From contig NC_045697.1 in the NCBI RefSeq assembly GCF_009834535.1, forward strand, positions 12,836,001-12,900,000: a stretch of 64,000 nucleotides of DNA. The letters run 5' to 3'. Source of the stretch: Camelus ferus. Lineage: Eukaryota. Positions 24,681-38,110 of this stretch are shown here, one piece after another. The notes beneath the pieces are model-generated. The model searched no databases. It saw nothing but the letters and a program-made list of their open reading frames with translations, and had not been told where the DNA came from. The translations under genes were made by a program, and so were the position numbers. Positions within the stretch are counted from its first letter, which is position 1, and each line of letters begins with the position of its first letter.

Positions 24681-25089
24681 ACACTATCTTCTTTGTATAA
24701 GAGAAATCATGGATAGCAACTCGCTCAAAGCATGACACATACTAGGCACGAACCAAATGCAAGCTCCTTTCTTTCTACATATGGCTAATGCCTTCCACAG
24801 AGTGAACGCAACACATTTGTTGAATAAATCATGGAAATGATAATACATGCAGTTATGTATAGATATATTTAAAATAAAAAAAAAACAGAACAAATACTAG
24901 CTAGGTGAAGGATAGCCCCTGTGTATACTTACTACATTGTTTTATATGACATTTCAGTCCTCCCATTTACAGGAGAGTTATGATGTTCTGTATTTAGGTT
25001 TATAGAAATATCTGGCACGGTCATCACTTTTGGGTTATGTCTGTTTCATAAACTCTTGGAGCCAGGGCATTTTCATCTAAATGCCAGGC

Positions 25090-25345
25090 AATTTGTGATT
25101 ACTCTTTGTTTTATGACCTTTCAGTTAGTATGCAATCTATTTGACAGTGCTCATCCAACACCTCTAGCAATTTTGCCTAATATGAGAGCTAGTTTTTCTG
25201 AGACACTGACTTGGGCCTGAATAAATCAAATATAACCCAATCCTTCTGCAATCCTTCTTTAATCAACTTATCTTCAAATGGTACGACAAAAAGAATCATG
25301 CTTGTTGGCATGATCTGTTTCTTTGGAAATCTATGCTAATTCCAG
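25090..25345 (-). mobile_element. L3/CR1 LINE reverse-transcriptase relic
   Basis: Minus strand 'agcatagatttccaaagaaacagatcatgccaac...tatatttgatttattcaggcc' resembles the CR1 RT motif QHGF-x-K-x-RSC...YLDFSKA. Confidence 0.6.
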
Positions 25346-25587
25346 CTTATAGACTCTGCTTTTTCTTTATGAGACTATTTTTATGAATAGGTAGTTCATC
25401 ATTCCAGTGAAGGTAGAAATAAATATGCTTAAGGAGGTTAAAGAGGTCTTACACCGCCATCAGATGGCAGGTTCTTGAACTGTATCATCTGCCTTCATTT
25501 AATTTAGATAAAATTGGTAGGGAGACTGTTTGAGGGATATTTATTTGGTTTTTGATCATCTTCTGCCTCCATCCCCCCTTCCCTGCT

Positions 25588-25622
25588 TTACACACACACA
25601 CACACACACACACAGTCACACA
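25588..25622. repeat. (CA)n microsatellite
   Basis: Seen directly. Confidence 0.95.
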
Positions 25623-25799
25623 ATTGAGCATTCAAGTGTGTACTTTTTGCCTCCCTTTAAATAGAATGTTTGTTTTCGAGGGCCAGAAGTAATGATTTTT
25701 TGTAATTATTTTATTACCTTCCATGCCTATCACAATAAGAGCCCCAGAGTAGGTGATCGACAGTTCTAATTGGTTCATGTTCTTAGTCAACTGAGAAGG

Positions 25800-25990
25800 G
25801 ATATAAAGTTGTGGTTGCTGAACCTTAGATCTAACCTTCTTTGATTCCTACTGGCTGTGTATTCTTGGGCAAGTTATTTAAACCTCAGCTTTTCATCCGT
25901 GCATTTAGGCTAATAACAGTCCTTACCACGTGGTGTCAAGTGATACAAATAGCACTGCGGTTGGCACATTGTAAAGACTAAAGTATTACT
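25800..25990 (+). mobile_element. MIR SINE
   Basis: 'tactggctgtgtattcttgggcaagttatttaaacctcagcttttcatccgt'. Confidence 0.8.
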
Positions 25991-26329
25991 GTTATTAGTT
26001 GTTTATTTAAAATATTTATTGAACACCTACTATAAGCTAGTTATGGCCTGAGCTAAGGGGTAGGAAAGTCAAGCTGTTTTTGACTTTGAGGAGACTGAGA
26101 AATGCCAAGATACATAATAAGATACGGTAAGTATTACAATCCATTTTGTGAAAATATGGTACAGCAGAAGTCTAAGAGAAGCAGGGAAGAATTCAGAGAG
26201 AAAATCATATTTGAATTGATACCTAAAGACGAACCAGATCAAAGCAAGGGAATTTCAGGCATTGAAATACATGATTAAATAGCTTTTCTATTTGACTAGT
26301 CCTTTCATGAAATTTTCACGTTTGCAGCC

Positions 26330-26823
26330 ATATTAGTCAGAGTTCTTCAGAGAAACAGAACTGATAGGATCTGTATATCTATGTCTCTATCATATGAATA
26401 TAGATATAAAAGATTTGTTGTGAGGAATTGACTCACATGATTATGGTTGAGAATTTTCACAGTCTGCCCTCTGCAAGCTATAGACCCAGGAAAGCAGATG
26501 GTATATTTCAGTTCAAATTAGAAGACTTGAGAACGAGAGGAGTTGATGGTATAAATCCTAGTCTGAGGGCCAGAGGCAATGAGATGAGATGACCCCGCTC
26601 AACTAGTGAGGTGGAAGAAAATAGAGGCAAATTTCTTCCTCCTTCATTTTTTGTTCTATTCTGGTCCTCAAAGATTGGATAATGCTCACCATATTGGGGA
26701 AGGCAATCTATGACGTAAATGCTGATCTCATCCAGAAACATCCTCACAGACGCACCTGAAAATAAGGTCACATTTGGGTGCCCCCATGGCCAGTCAAGTT
26801 GACACGTAAAATTAACCATCACA
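26330..26823 (-). mobile_element. ERVL solo LTR, MLT2A/B-like
   Basis: Starts 'tattagtcagagttcttcagagaaacagaac' and ends 'ccagtcaagttgacacgtaaaattaaccatcaca', the canonical MLT2 termini. Confidence 0.9.
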
Positions 26824-27084
26824 ACAGGAAATACACTTACTGTGTATTTTTGTATTATTTACTTTGAACAAGGGGCGGTCCTTCTTTTCAACATGTCCTT
26901 TGCAATACACCTCTCTAATTATCATCCCAACAATATACACTTAAAATATTTTCTGTTGGAGAAGTATGTATGTGTGTGTGTGCATTTAATTTAAAAATTT
27001 CTTCACAGTGATAGTGGAAAAGTAACTTAACCTATTTTGAGTCCTAGTCACTCCCTGGGGTGTTTCCTTGTTCGCTTGACAAAG

Positions 27085-27348
27085 TTGGTTCACCACCCCA
27101 ATGTACACATCCCAGCCCCAGGGAAGGAAGAAAGAGGACAGAGAAAAGGACACTAACTAGGAGTTTAACACGCCACTCCCATCACAACTCACCTGGCAGA
27201 ATTTAGTCAAGGGGTTTTAACTAGTGCAAGAGTTTCTGGGATATATATGGTCTTTAACCGGGAGGCTATGTGCTCCACTGAAATTCAGATGTTTAATTAT
27301 TAAGAAAGGAAGAATGGCTACTAGGGAATAATTTGCAATCTGTATCAC
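27085..27348 (-). mobile_element. Old MaLR LTR fragment (MLT1J/K-like)
   Basis: 'ggcagaatttagtca...actagtgcaagagtttctgggatat...ggaggctatgtgctcc...aaggaagaatgg...gcaatctgtatcaca'. Confidence 0.55.
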
Positions 27349-28678
27349 ATGCACACCATTGCAACAATTCTCTAAGGGTGATCTTGTCCACATTCAAAGG
27401 ATAAGATGGTTGAAATTCAGAGAGGAAATTACTTGTCAAAAGTCACTTAAATGTGCAGATCAAAGAAGAAGGACGATTATAATCAGGGCAGCACTACTAG
27501 GTTTTCAGCTACAAAAGAGAAGGAAAAATAGCTACTTGATATTGTTTTGCAACCCACCAGAAAACAGGCAGCTGCAGTGTTCATGTGCCATTGGCAAGGC
27601 TGTGTTTTGCCGGCAATCTTGTGGGAGCTGACATAACGGAAGAAAATTAAATCATTGAAAGTAGTAGCTAGAGTTAAGCCCTTGGAGGGAGAGGGGGAGC
27701 AGGGAAAGCATGATTTGTTTCCAATTACTTGATTACACAGGTCTCAAAGATTCTCCTGTATGTCCTAGGTAGTTGAAATCTCCATTCTTTTTAACCACCA
27801 GCTTTCGGTTGAATTTTTAGTTTGAGGAAACAACCTGAGAACACAAGTAATATAAATTCACAGGCAAAACAAATTCAACCCTGAAAATACGGGGATGACA
27901 AGATAATAAAAAATGTAGAAGCTAAAAGATTGGACAAGACCTATCAATTTGCCAAAATCTTGAGGTCAGATGTCCACGAGCCATGAAATTGTTTAAAAAT
28001 TGCTCCGGATAAATAAATATATGCTTGGAAGGATTGCTTACACAGTGATTTTTGAGCTTTCTAGCTAGGAAAATGATGAGAAAAGGGAGAGAAAAAAAAT
28101 TCCTTAGGGCCAGTGACAACATGAATACTAGGAAATATATCCATGCATAAAGGTGATACATTCAGCAGTACATAATCACTGCCCCGTACTCCCCCTCATT
28201 CATGGGGAGAAATTTCTAAGCAGCCTGAGTTATTGGGCAATCTTCAGTATTTCTTGCAGGCATTAAAAGTTTTCAATCAGCTGTCTAATTTTATTTGGAG
28301 TTCTTACCTTTTAAAATTCGTTGACTTTTTTTTTTGTTAGATTAGAAAAACTCAATTAGATTTCACTGTTTTTCACTCTTCCTTTACTCTACCAATCTCT
28401 TAATATGTTGCCTAGAGGATTGTTACTAGATAGGTAACTTTGGAGGGAAGTGGGGAGATTTTGGCAGAAAGCAACAAGTACTTCACACTGAGAACCTAGA
28501 ATTTGAGAACAGATGTTCCTATACCTTGAGCATCAAAGTTAAAAAGAGAATCTCAGATGAATTCTTTGGTGGAATAAATTGGTTCATAACAATGACCAAA
28601 AAAATGATATGATCCAGCATCTCACGTTACAGTTGCCACTTCTAAGATTCCTTCCTGTCCTCCAATGTCCCTACTTAC

Positions 28679-28753
28679 CAAAGATTGATAAATTCAGAAT
28701 CGTAGGCTAAGTAGCCTTTGGAAAATTATCGCTCCTCATTAATCAGTCAATAT
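28679..28753 (-). other. Candidate 75-nt non-coding exon
   Basis: Minus strand: tatatttctcag|ATATTGAC...AATCTTTG|gtaagtag, with stops in all three frames. Confidence 0.3.
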
Positions 28754-28966
28754 CTGAGAAATATACACTCAGTGAGCCCTGTAATACATTAATTTTCTAG
28801 TGTGCAGAATTAAGCCAAACAAGCTGTGATGGGAAAATGGAGTTAGACTGTATGTAGATTGATGTTAGTAGTTTATAAAATCCACATTTTTGTTTGGTGT
28901 ATTTATCCTGTCTTTGAGGATGAAGTGAAATTCCCACTATTTTATCAAGTCCTTTGAGTAAGGCTG

Positions 28967-29440
28967 TGTATTTGCCTGTTCAGGCTGACATGATGGAAAA
29001 CCAGACTGTCTTAGAAATATATTTTTCAATATATTTATTGAAACATAGAAATTTATTTTTCAGCATCCTGGAGGCTGGAAGTCCATTATCAAGTGTTGGC
29101 AAGATCGGTGTCTGGTGAGATCTCTCTGTCCTTGGATTGCACATGATCGCCTTCTTATCATGTCTCATAACCGCTTTTCCTCTTGTGTGCACAGGAAGTG
29201 GAGAGAGACAGTGAGAGCAAGAGTGAGAGTGAGAGAGAGAAGGAGAGAGAGGACAAGGAAGAGTTCTCTCATGTCTCTCCCCTCTTCTTGCAAGGACACT
29301 AGTCCTATCACTTCAGTTCTTACCCTTAGGATCTCACTAACCTTAACTAAAGGCTAAATGTTCTATCTTCAAAAACAGTCCCGCTGAGAGTTACGGCTTC
29401 AACACATGAATTTTGAGAGGGCACAATTCAGTCCATAAGA
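28967..29440 (-). mobile_element. MaLR solo LTR, MLT1A-like
   Basis: 'agaaatttatttt...ctggaggctggaagtcc..atcaagtgttggca...aggacactagtcctat...ggcttcaacacatgaattttgagagggcacaattcagtccataa'. Confidence 0.88.
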
Positions 29441-30769
29441 GACCCCCTCCAAGACACTAAGAAAAAACAAATCTATATCCTGAGTGAAGAAGGATGCCAA
29501 AGACTTTAAATGCTCCTTAACATGGACAGTTTTGGCATATTTATTAGCTATCATTTTTGAAATCACAAAGCAGGATTTTGGGAGTTTGGGGGATGGGACA
29601 AAGCCTTTTAATGGAGATGGTAAAGTGGCCTAGGAAAAGACAATACCCCATTTGCAGGTAGGAAAGGTCTTGTAGGGACACAGGTAGTTGAAAGTTGAAA
29701 TGAGGAGCAGGGATGCAGAAATGGGCTTTAGAAACCATATTTGTCCCACTTTTGGTCCTTTGTCATAACCCACCTGCCTTTCTACTCCTTGACTAACATG
29801 TATAAGGTAAATTCCTGGTAATACTCTATCAAGATTTACTGTCACTGTCTTAATCCCCCTTCTTGGGTCTCTTTGTCTAGTTGTTCCCAATATTCTCTAT
29901 CTCTTACCTTTGATCATAATCATTATTCTCACTCCTTGGGCAATTTGACCATAACTTGTATGAGATATATCAAAAATAATAATATGCTTATCTTAGTGTA
30001 AAAAGGATACTATGGTTACAAAACTTATCTATAAAACATTAGGCAACATATTCTGAAAACTTCTAAGTGCTTTACATTCCCCTTTTCCCTGTATTTTTAT
30101 AACACCCTCAAATTATGGTCCTTATTATGTCCATGCTCTTCTAGAACCTGGATGCCTTACATTTTGCCCCTATCCCTGGTTAGTTTGCCTTGTTCTTGTC
30201 TCAGAATAAGAGGTTGTACCTGTCCTTTAGGTTATAACCTAGGATATAAAATTGCAGAGGCACGGAATGGAAGACTGCTTCAAATTGGAGTCCCCATGAC
30301 ACAAGGGCGTCACGGCAGGTGGCCAATTCAATGGTAAACATCCATCAGACCCACTTGTTTGGAGCTGAGTAACAAAGACAACTGCTTGATGAGGTGGATA
30401 TTCCACTTGGTATTAGGTTATTGTTGGTTGACACTGTAAGGAAGAATGTGCATGAGTGTTTTTGCAGACCTGTCATCTCTCCTAAGGGTGCCTCTAACCT
30501 GTACAGTTCAATCTGCTCATGTGTCTTATTGTAGCAGCATATCAAGGGCTCTCTTTTTCCTGAACACCCAGGAATTTTACTGATAAGCATACCAGCTTGG
30601 AATTAAAGGGTATTTTAGACATATAATTGTGCTTTCCGATTCTCAATCTCTTTTAAACATATTTCATTACTCACGTAATGTAGCTTGAATTAGATTTTTT
30701 TAAATCAATTCAATTAAATGTAATCTACAAATCATCTAAAGGCACTATCTTATTGCATTATATTAATGT

Positions 30770-31000
30770 ACAATAGTTATGTTGATTGTGTGCCTAATAC
30801 GTGCCTGGCACTATGCTAAAATGACAGGCTATAATACCATCAACAATCTGACTGTTAAATGTTTGCTACCTCCATTTAAAGATGCAGAAGCTAAGACAGA
30901 TGTTTAACAGAGAGGTTAAGTATCTTTTCCAGTGTCTCAGAGCATGAAAATGGCAGACAGACATGGGATTTGAAGCCATGGCTGGCAAACTGCAATTCAA
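30770..31000 (-). mobile_element. MIR SINE
   Basis: 'tacgtgcctggcactatgctaa...ctccatttaaagatgcagaagctaagacaga...agaggttaagta...gggatttgaagcc'. Confidence 0.7.
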
Positions 31001-33129
31001 ATATGTTTTACCCTTTTTCTATGATTCCTCAAATGATTTTATCTTTTCCACACATGACCACAGCCATTATGTTAGTCTCTATTCTGGTATATAGAAAAGG
31101 TTTATTTGCTCTCACTATTTCCTCTGTTTTCTAAGGATGTGCCCAAATTGTTCTATATATTTATGATATAATTAAAAATCATTCCTTCTTTGTATGTATT
31201 AGAAGTTTCCTCTTGTCTTGAATCAAAGGACACAAGGAAAAAAAGTCAGTTTAGAAATTTCTTGAACCATGTTAAGGAAAAACTAGAAGTTATTAATTTT
31301 TGTTTGGCATTTTCAATTTAAAGACATTTTTACTCTGGAAGGTTAGGGATTTGGCTTAAACCTTTGGCCCTAGGCTTGTCTGTGACCTCAGAATCACTGT
31401 ACAAATTTTGTGAATGGGCATATTTGGATTTTTTGGAGAGTACTTTTTCCTGTCTTTGGGCTTCCTAGCTATGTTTCCAAATGAGTATGCATTTCTATAT
31501 GAGTATATGTGAGTCTATTTTTTTTTCCCCACAAAGATGAGTTTATTTCCAATGAGGTTTGTGATGGAGTTAGGGTAGCTGCTGATTATTTAAGAGAATT
31601 AAAATCCTGCTTCAAGAGAATTCAACATTAACCCTTGATATTCCACTATCCCCAGGTCCCTTTGTTCACTTATCTTCTGACTAAATCATAGGCACTCTCA
31701 GAGCCAATTTTCAAAAATTTACTTTGAAATTTTTGTTTGATCAGCAGCCTCAAGATCTGAAGAGGATTACATTTTCCCCCTTTTCTTGTTTCTCGAACTA
31801 GCATAAATAATCCTCTTTGTGATAATACCCTGTCTCCCAGAGTGCTTGTTTATCATAAGAGGACTCTTGTTTCCACGGACTAATGCACTCAGAAGCTTGG
31901 CTGACTTTCTGATGCAAATGTCAGACAGGAACCATGTCTTTGCTTTTTCAGCCAAACTGCCTCATTTTTACAACACTATGCCTGATTTATACGGGTCTTT
32001 GAAATATTTAAATTGCCCCCTGTACTAAAAGAAATGCATCGTGTAGGCATTTTAGTATAGAAACATTAATAAGAATAATTTATAGGGGAAATGGGTTGCA
32101 GGGTTTTGGAAAATACTCAACTCTTTGAGCAAAATATGGCAGAGTCAATGAACAACACTGACATTCTAAAGGAGGTACATATATTGAGGGATAACCAGAA
32201 TCAGTACCAAAAGAATGTCATAATTTCTTAGTTTGGATTTAAATAACCCTTATAGAAATAGCAAAAAAAAGGAACACAAGAAATCTATTCATTTTGTTTT
32301 TTCTTATACTATGCTTCATTTTTTATTGATAAATAGTTCAAAGTGACTGTCAACCACATACTCAAAAATAGAGTTTCTATCTCAGTCAGGCATTTAACTG
32401 GGGAGCATAGCCATGTCTATATAAGAAGTGGGGAGAATGGAGAAAGAAAGTAATTTATTATACACATTCAACATGTCAGGAACAAGGACAGACAGTTTAT
32501 AGTCTTGTAAAATTTCATTCCTTTCATATAACATGAGAAGTGAGTGTTAGTGTTCACATGTCACTGCTAAAAGTCAGAGAGGTAAAGAGACATGCCTAAA
32601 GTCTCATGGTTAGTAAACCTTGGGTCAAATAGGCAATTCATAGACCACATTGGTGAGGGGAAGAGAACAGAATAAAATAATTGGTTTAAAGATAAGTATA
32701 TTTTGTATTGAGGTCATTAAATATCAAAATACTACTACAACCAGTGAGTGAAAATTATGTTTTTCCAAATACATGACATTATTTCAACACCAACGAGTAT
32801 GTTTGGTACTGTGGGAATGGGGAGTGGATTCTGGCAACATGATTTTTATCCCTCTTCAGAGTAGTTTTGTAATGGTTTTATGTTTTAATTAAATCGTTTT
32901 CTGACCATTTAAAAGTCAAGGAATCTTTCAAAATGCTTTAAACCAGAGCTATATTTGACAATAGATAACAAGGCAATAAAAATAAAATAGGTAGAAGGGA
33001 GAGTGAGAAAAAAGTAGATATACAGTGAAGAAAACAAAGAGAACAGAAAAATTGAGGGGAAAATATTAAATCCAGTGTATTAAAGACATAGACTGCTTCT
33101 GGTTAATTTTATTATTTGCATTTGATCAT

Positions 33130-33540
33130 TTTAAGGTGTCATTAGTTTTTGAACACTTGCTTTGAACCAGCCCTTGTTCTGGACAATAAAGATACAGAGT
33201 TCCATGACCTTACAACCTACTGCGTATAACAACCAAAGACGTGTGTGATGGAGCCAACATGGGGATAATTGGAAGTCACCATGAGAGAACAACAAAAGGT
33301 CTTTAATCTAAGATTAAAGTGTCAGGAAAAATTTCTTAAAGGAAGTAATAGACTGGGCTGAGACTTGAGAGGTGAGGAAGGGTTAGGCAAAAATAAGGAG
33401 TTTGGGCAGGGGACAAAAAAGTGCTCCAGGCACAGTATCTCATGGGGAGAGTGAAATGGGACAGTCTAGGAGATTTAAGGTGTTTGGAATTCCTGGAGTG
33501 TAGAGTGAGAGGACACAGGAAGTAGGAGGTAGGCCATCCA
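33130..33540 (-). mobile_element. L2 fragment
   Basis: 'tttttgaacacttgc...aaagatacagag...gtcaggaaaaatttcttaaaggaagt...gggctgagacttgagaggtgaggaagggttaggc'. Confidence 0.65.
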
Positions 33541-33676
33541 TTCTTTTTTTCATTAAAGCAAACATCCTTATCATTGTCACATCTTGTCATTCGTTTACTA
33601 TTCACAAACATTTATTATATAGCAGGTGCTTTTCCATTTAATGTGTTTTTCAATGAAGAATATTATTTGAGTTCTT

Positions 33677-34579
33677 AGCAGAGTTTGGGAAAACACTCCA
33701 GTGTTTCTGCTTTACTCACACACTCACAGTATTTCTGACACCAGATGTGTGGGTTTTTCTACACATCAACTAATTCTCTATGACACTAGCTGGGGGTCCC
33801 ATCATTCAATTCAGTTCTGACACTGTCTACTTGGAGTTAGCATCAGATCCCACAAATTAAGTGCTCAGTTCCACAACACTACCTCCAATTCAAATGCCAA
33901 TTGCAAGTCCCAAGTTGTATGTCTTCTGTATTTCTGACTGACTGACTATAAATCTGGGTTCCCGTGACAGTCTCCTTAGATTCAGTAATTTACTAGAATG
34001 GCTTGCAGAACTCAGAGAAACACTTACTTGCATTTACCAGTTTACTATCAAAGTGTAGTGAAAGATACATATGAGCAGTCAGATGAAGAGATACACAGGG
34101 CGAGGTCCAGAAGAGGACCTAGTACAGGAGATCTGTCTCCATGTGCCACTTGAGGGGGGCACCGCTTTCCTGGTACATAGTTGTATTCACCAACCCAGAA
34201 GCTCTTCAAACCCTGTACTTTTGGGATTTTTATGGAGGTATCATCAATCATTAATTGAGCCAACTGTCCCTCTCTCTTCTTCCCGGAGGGTGGGAAGTGG
34301 AGTGGAAACTTCCAGGCTTCTAATCATGGCTTGGTCTTTCTGGTGAAAAGTTACCATCTTGAAATCATACAGGAGTTCAGCAAGAAACACCTCATTAGAA
34401 CACCCAGGAGATTCCAAGAAATTCAGGAGCTTTGTATCAGGAACTGGGGCCAAAGGCCAAATATTACAACAAAAGATGTTCCTGGTGTTCTTAAACCACT
34501 TAGGAAATTACAAGGGTTTTAGGGCTTTGTTCAAGTAATGGGGGCAGAGATCGATATATATTTTTTCTATGATTTCACA
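33677..34579 (-). mobile_element. MER21-family LTR (ERVL)
   Basis: 'ttctgacaccagatgtgtgggttttt', 'ttcaattcagttctgacact', 'cagaactcagagaaacactt'. The reverse complement begins 'tgtgaaatcatag..atatat...aaagccctaaaacccttgtaatttcctaagtg', like MER21. Confidence 0.85.
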
Positions 34580-34754
34580 CTAGAGAACAAGGGAAATGCT
34601 TTATTTATCCTTGTATTCTTCATGATAGCCTGAAACTTTCATTGTGCATAAAAGTTGCTAGTATATATTTTAGACTCTTGTTAAATTGCCTTGATATGAT
34701 AATTGATTCTAGATTGCAGCTGAGGGTCCAAAAATATTTAAAATTCCATGATGA

Positions 34755-35638
34755 ATTTAAGAATTCCATTTACAATGGCATCAAAAATAAGTTAATTAGA
34801 ATAAATTCAACAAGAGAAGTATAAGACTTGTATATTGAAAAGTATAAAATATCACTGAAAGAAGTTTAAAATATCCTAAAAATGTGGAAAGACATTATAT
34901 TCATGGATTGAAAGGTTTAATATTATTAAGATGATATTGCTCCTCAAATGAACCTATAGATTCAGGGTATTTCATATCAAAAAATTCTAGTTGCCTTTTC
35001 TTTTTTTTCTTTTTCTTTCTGTTTTTCTTTTTTTTGCAGAACTTGATCAGCTGTTCTAAAATTCATGGAAATGCAAGGAACCCAGAATAGCCAAAACAAC
35101 TGTATAAAAAAAACAAAGTTAGAAGACCAACACTTTCCAATTTAAAAATTTATTACAAAGCTATAGCAATCAATAGAGTGTGATACTGGCATAAGGATAG
35201 ACATAAATCAATGGAATAGAATTAAAAGTCCAGAAATAAACCCTTACATTCATGGTCAATTGATTTTTGACATTGGTGTCAAGAAAATATGATAGAAGAA
35301 AGAATAGTTTTCAATAAATGGTTCTGAGACAACTGTACACCTACCTATGTGCAAAAGAATGTGTACCTCATACAATATAAAAAAATTAACTCTAAATGAA
35401 TCAAAGACCTAAATGTAAAAGCTAAAACTTTAAAAACTCGTAGAAGAAAACATGAGAGTGTATCTTTATAATCCTGAATTAGGCAACAGTTTCTTAAATA
35501 TTATACCAAAAGTAAAAGTAGATAAATTGGACTTTAAATTTAAAATACATGCTTCAAATGACACAACCAAGAAAATGAAAAAGCAACCTACATATGGTTG
35601 AAAGTATTTCAAGTCATATATCTGATAAGGGGCCCATT

Positions 35639-35693
<55 letters not shown>

Positions 35694-36375
35694 CTTTTAC
35701 AACCAACTATAAAAATACAAACAACCTAGAAAAAAATGAGCAAAGGACTTAGATATTTCTTCAGAAAAAATATCCAGATGGTAATAAGCATATGAGAAGA
35801 AGCTAGGCATTGCTAGTCATCAGGGAAATGTAAATCAAAGCCACAATGAGATACCACTATTACCCACTAGGATGGCTGTAGTAACAAAGTTCAATAATAG
35901 CAAGTGTTGATAAGGATGTGGGGAAGTCAGAACCACATAAACTTTACTTGGGAATGTAAAATGGTATAGTTACTTTGGACAATGGTCTGGCAGTTCCTCA
36001 AACAGTAAAGAATAGGTACCATATGTTCCAGTAATTCCATTCCAAGAGAAATGAAAATAAATCTAGGAAAAAAAAAAAAAAACTTCTACAGGAATGTTCA
36101 TAGGAGTATACAAATATATGAGAAAATGGAAAAAATATAATTATTCATCAGTTGATAAATGGGTAAATTAAATGTAGTATAACCATACAATGGGATATTA
36201 TTTGGCCATAAAAAGGGGTAAAGTACTGATATATGCTATAACATGGATAATTCTTGAGAATGCTTTGCTAAATGAAATGTCAGATACACAAGGTCACATA
36301 TTATTATGATTCTATTATACGAAATGTCAGAATAGACAAATCCGTGTGGACAGAAAATAGTAAAAAAAAAAAAAA
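34755..36375 (+). mobile_element. L1MB-type fragment (ORF2 3' half + partial 3'UTR)
   Basis: 'attccatttacaatggcatcaaaa', 'ggaacccagaatagccaaaacaa', 'ccagaaataaacccttaca', 'cacaatgagataccact', 'aggtcacatattattatgattcta'; heavily frameshifted. Confidence 0.9.
35643..35688. repeat. (AT)23 microsatellite within L1
   Basis: Seen directly; perfect repeat. Confidence 0.97.
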
Positions 36376-36989
36376 ATTTAATTTCTTCTTGAATATTGTC
36401 TGCTCTTAATTTGTAGTTTTTGAGCTTTGAGCTTATTCTAAGTTTATTCTTTTGGGTTTTCTTTGTTGCCTAAAATATCTCTTCCTGAACTCTTTTCTCT
36501 GTCCATACAGGGCTTATTCTCATCATTTTAAGGAGCCAACAAAGGCATCAGCTTCTGCAGGAATATTTACATTTCAGGGTGATGGAGTATTCTTCCCCTG
36601 AGACAGTGTCCATAATGTTTTCATTGCACTTCCTTCTAAGTACAGAGAAGATCCTTTTATATAACGACCTCAGAAGACTTCATTCTTAGGGGATATGGAC
36701 TATGCCTTATTCATCTTCCTAACCTGAAAGAATATTAAAGAGCTTTCTTCATAGTTAGCAGTCAATAAATATTTGTTGAGTGAATTTAATGAAAGGGTGA
36801 TTATAGTTAAAGATATTGAGAAATAGGATAAAGATACTGATTATCTTCATCTTTGTTAAGAAATAGTGGCATGTTAAGATATTGAGGTTTTTTGATCTCA
36901 TAAAAGGGGAAGAAAGTGATGAGAAAAAAGAAAACTATTATTCAAATTCTTGCTTAAAGAGAGGAAAAATAAAGAATCATAGAATATGT

Positions 36990-38110
36990 AGGATAAATAG
37001 AAAGCAAAATACGATAATAGAATTACATCCACATATATCAGTCATCAGAATGAATGTAATCTCCAGTTAATTAGCAATGGTACTGAGCAAGAGTTTCAAA
37101 AACATTCAGCTCTAAGGTGATTATAAGAGGCACAGAATGTGGAAACTTAAAACTAGAAGAATTGGAAATGACACTAAGCAAATATATTTTAATACCCCAA
37201 AACACTTTAATACCTTTTAGTATTTATAACTTAGCGTTATTTGAAAGAATAGCTCTTTTAATAAAAACTGAGCAAATTTCCATGACAGCAAATCGAATAA
37301 ATAAATTATGATAAAATAATATGACATACTAGATATGCAAAAAACAAATGAAACTTAGACACATATCAACATGGATTATTCTCAAAAGCAAGAGGTCAAG
37401 CTTAAAAATAAGTCCAGGAAAAAAATTATGTTTTTAATATAAAATTTAAAACATGCAAATCTAAGGAATCCATTCTTTAGGGAATATAAACATGGAAAAG
37501 ACAAACAATAGCAAACACAGAATTTATGTCAGAAGTTATCTCTCATAAGAAGGAGGAAGACGGGGATCAGGCATACAGGGGACTTCAAATATGCTGGTCA
37601 TTTTCTACTTGGTGGGCACACTAGCCGTCTATTCAATACCATTCTTTAAAGCAGCCTACAGATGTTTTATATATATACATACATAAATACACACACATAT
37701 ACGTATATGTACTCACAATATACATATATAGTAATTTATGTTAACGTATTTCAAAATTGAAGTTAAACACAGGGCTCAAATAAACACATTTTTGTAACTG
37801 AAGAAAGTTGAAAAACACCTGCACGTTAGAAATTTGACAAGAATCGACAGACTTCATATATCTGTGTGATGAAATCGTATGCACTCATGAAATGATTTAT
37901 AAATAATCTTAATGCCAATGAAATCATTTATAATGTAATATTTAACTTAAAATATTAGCAAGCTAGAAAATGCTGAGAATAATATGGTTTTCATTACGTA
38001 AACCATGTTTGTTTAAAAGGGCAGGAAAGAAATACACAAATATCCCAATAGTGGCTGTTTCCATGTGGTAGGATTATACACATTTTTCTCTTGTTTCTTT
38101 ATATATTTCT
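36990..38110 (+). mobile_element. Highly decayed L1ME-type fragments
   Basis: 'tccacatatatcagtcatcagaatgaatgtaa', 'acatatcaacatggattattctcaaaa', 'catacaggggacttcaaa', 'ggtaggattataca..tttttctcttgtttctttatatatttc'. Confidence 0.5.

Noticed and set aside
30152..30600. Possible processed pseudogene or exon in GC-richer unique sequence
   Set aside because: The frames I translated gave no recognisable protein, and I saw no poly-A or TSD
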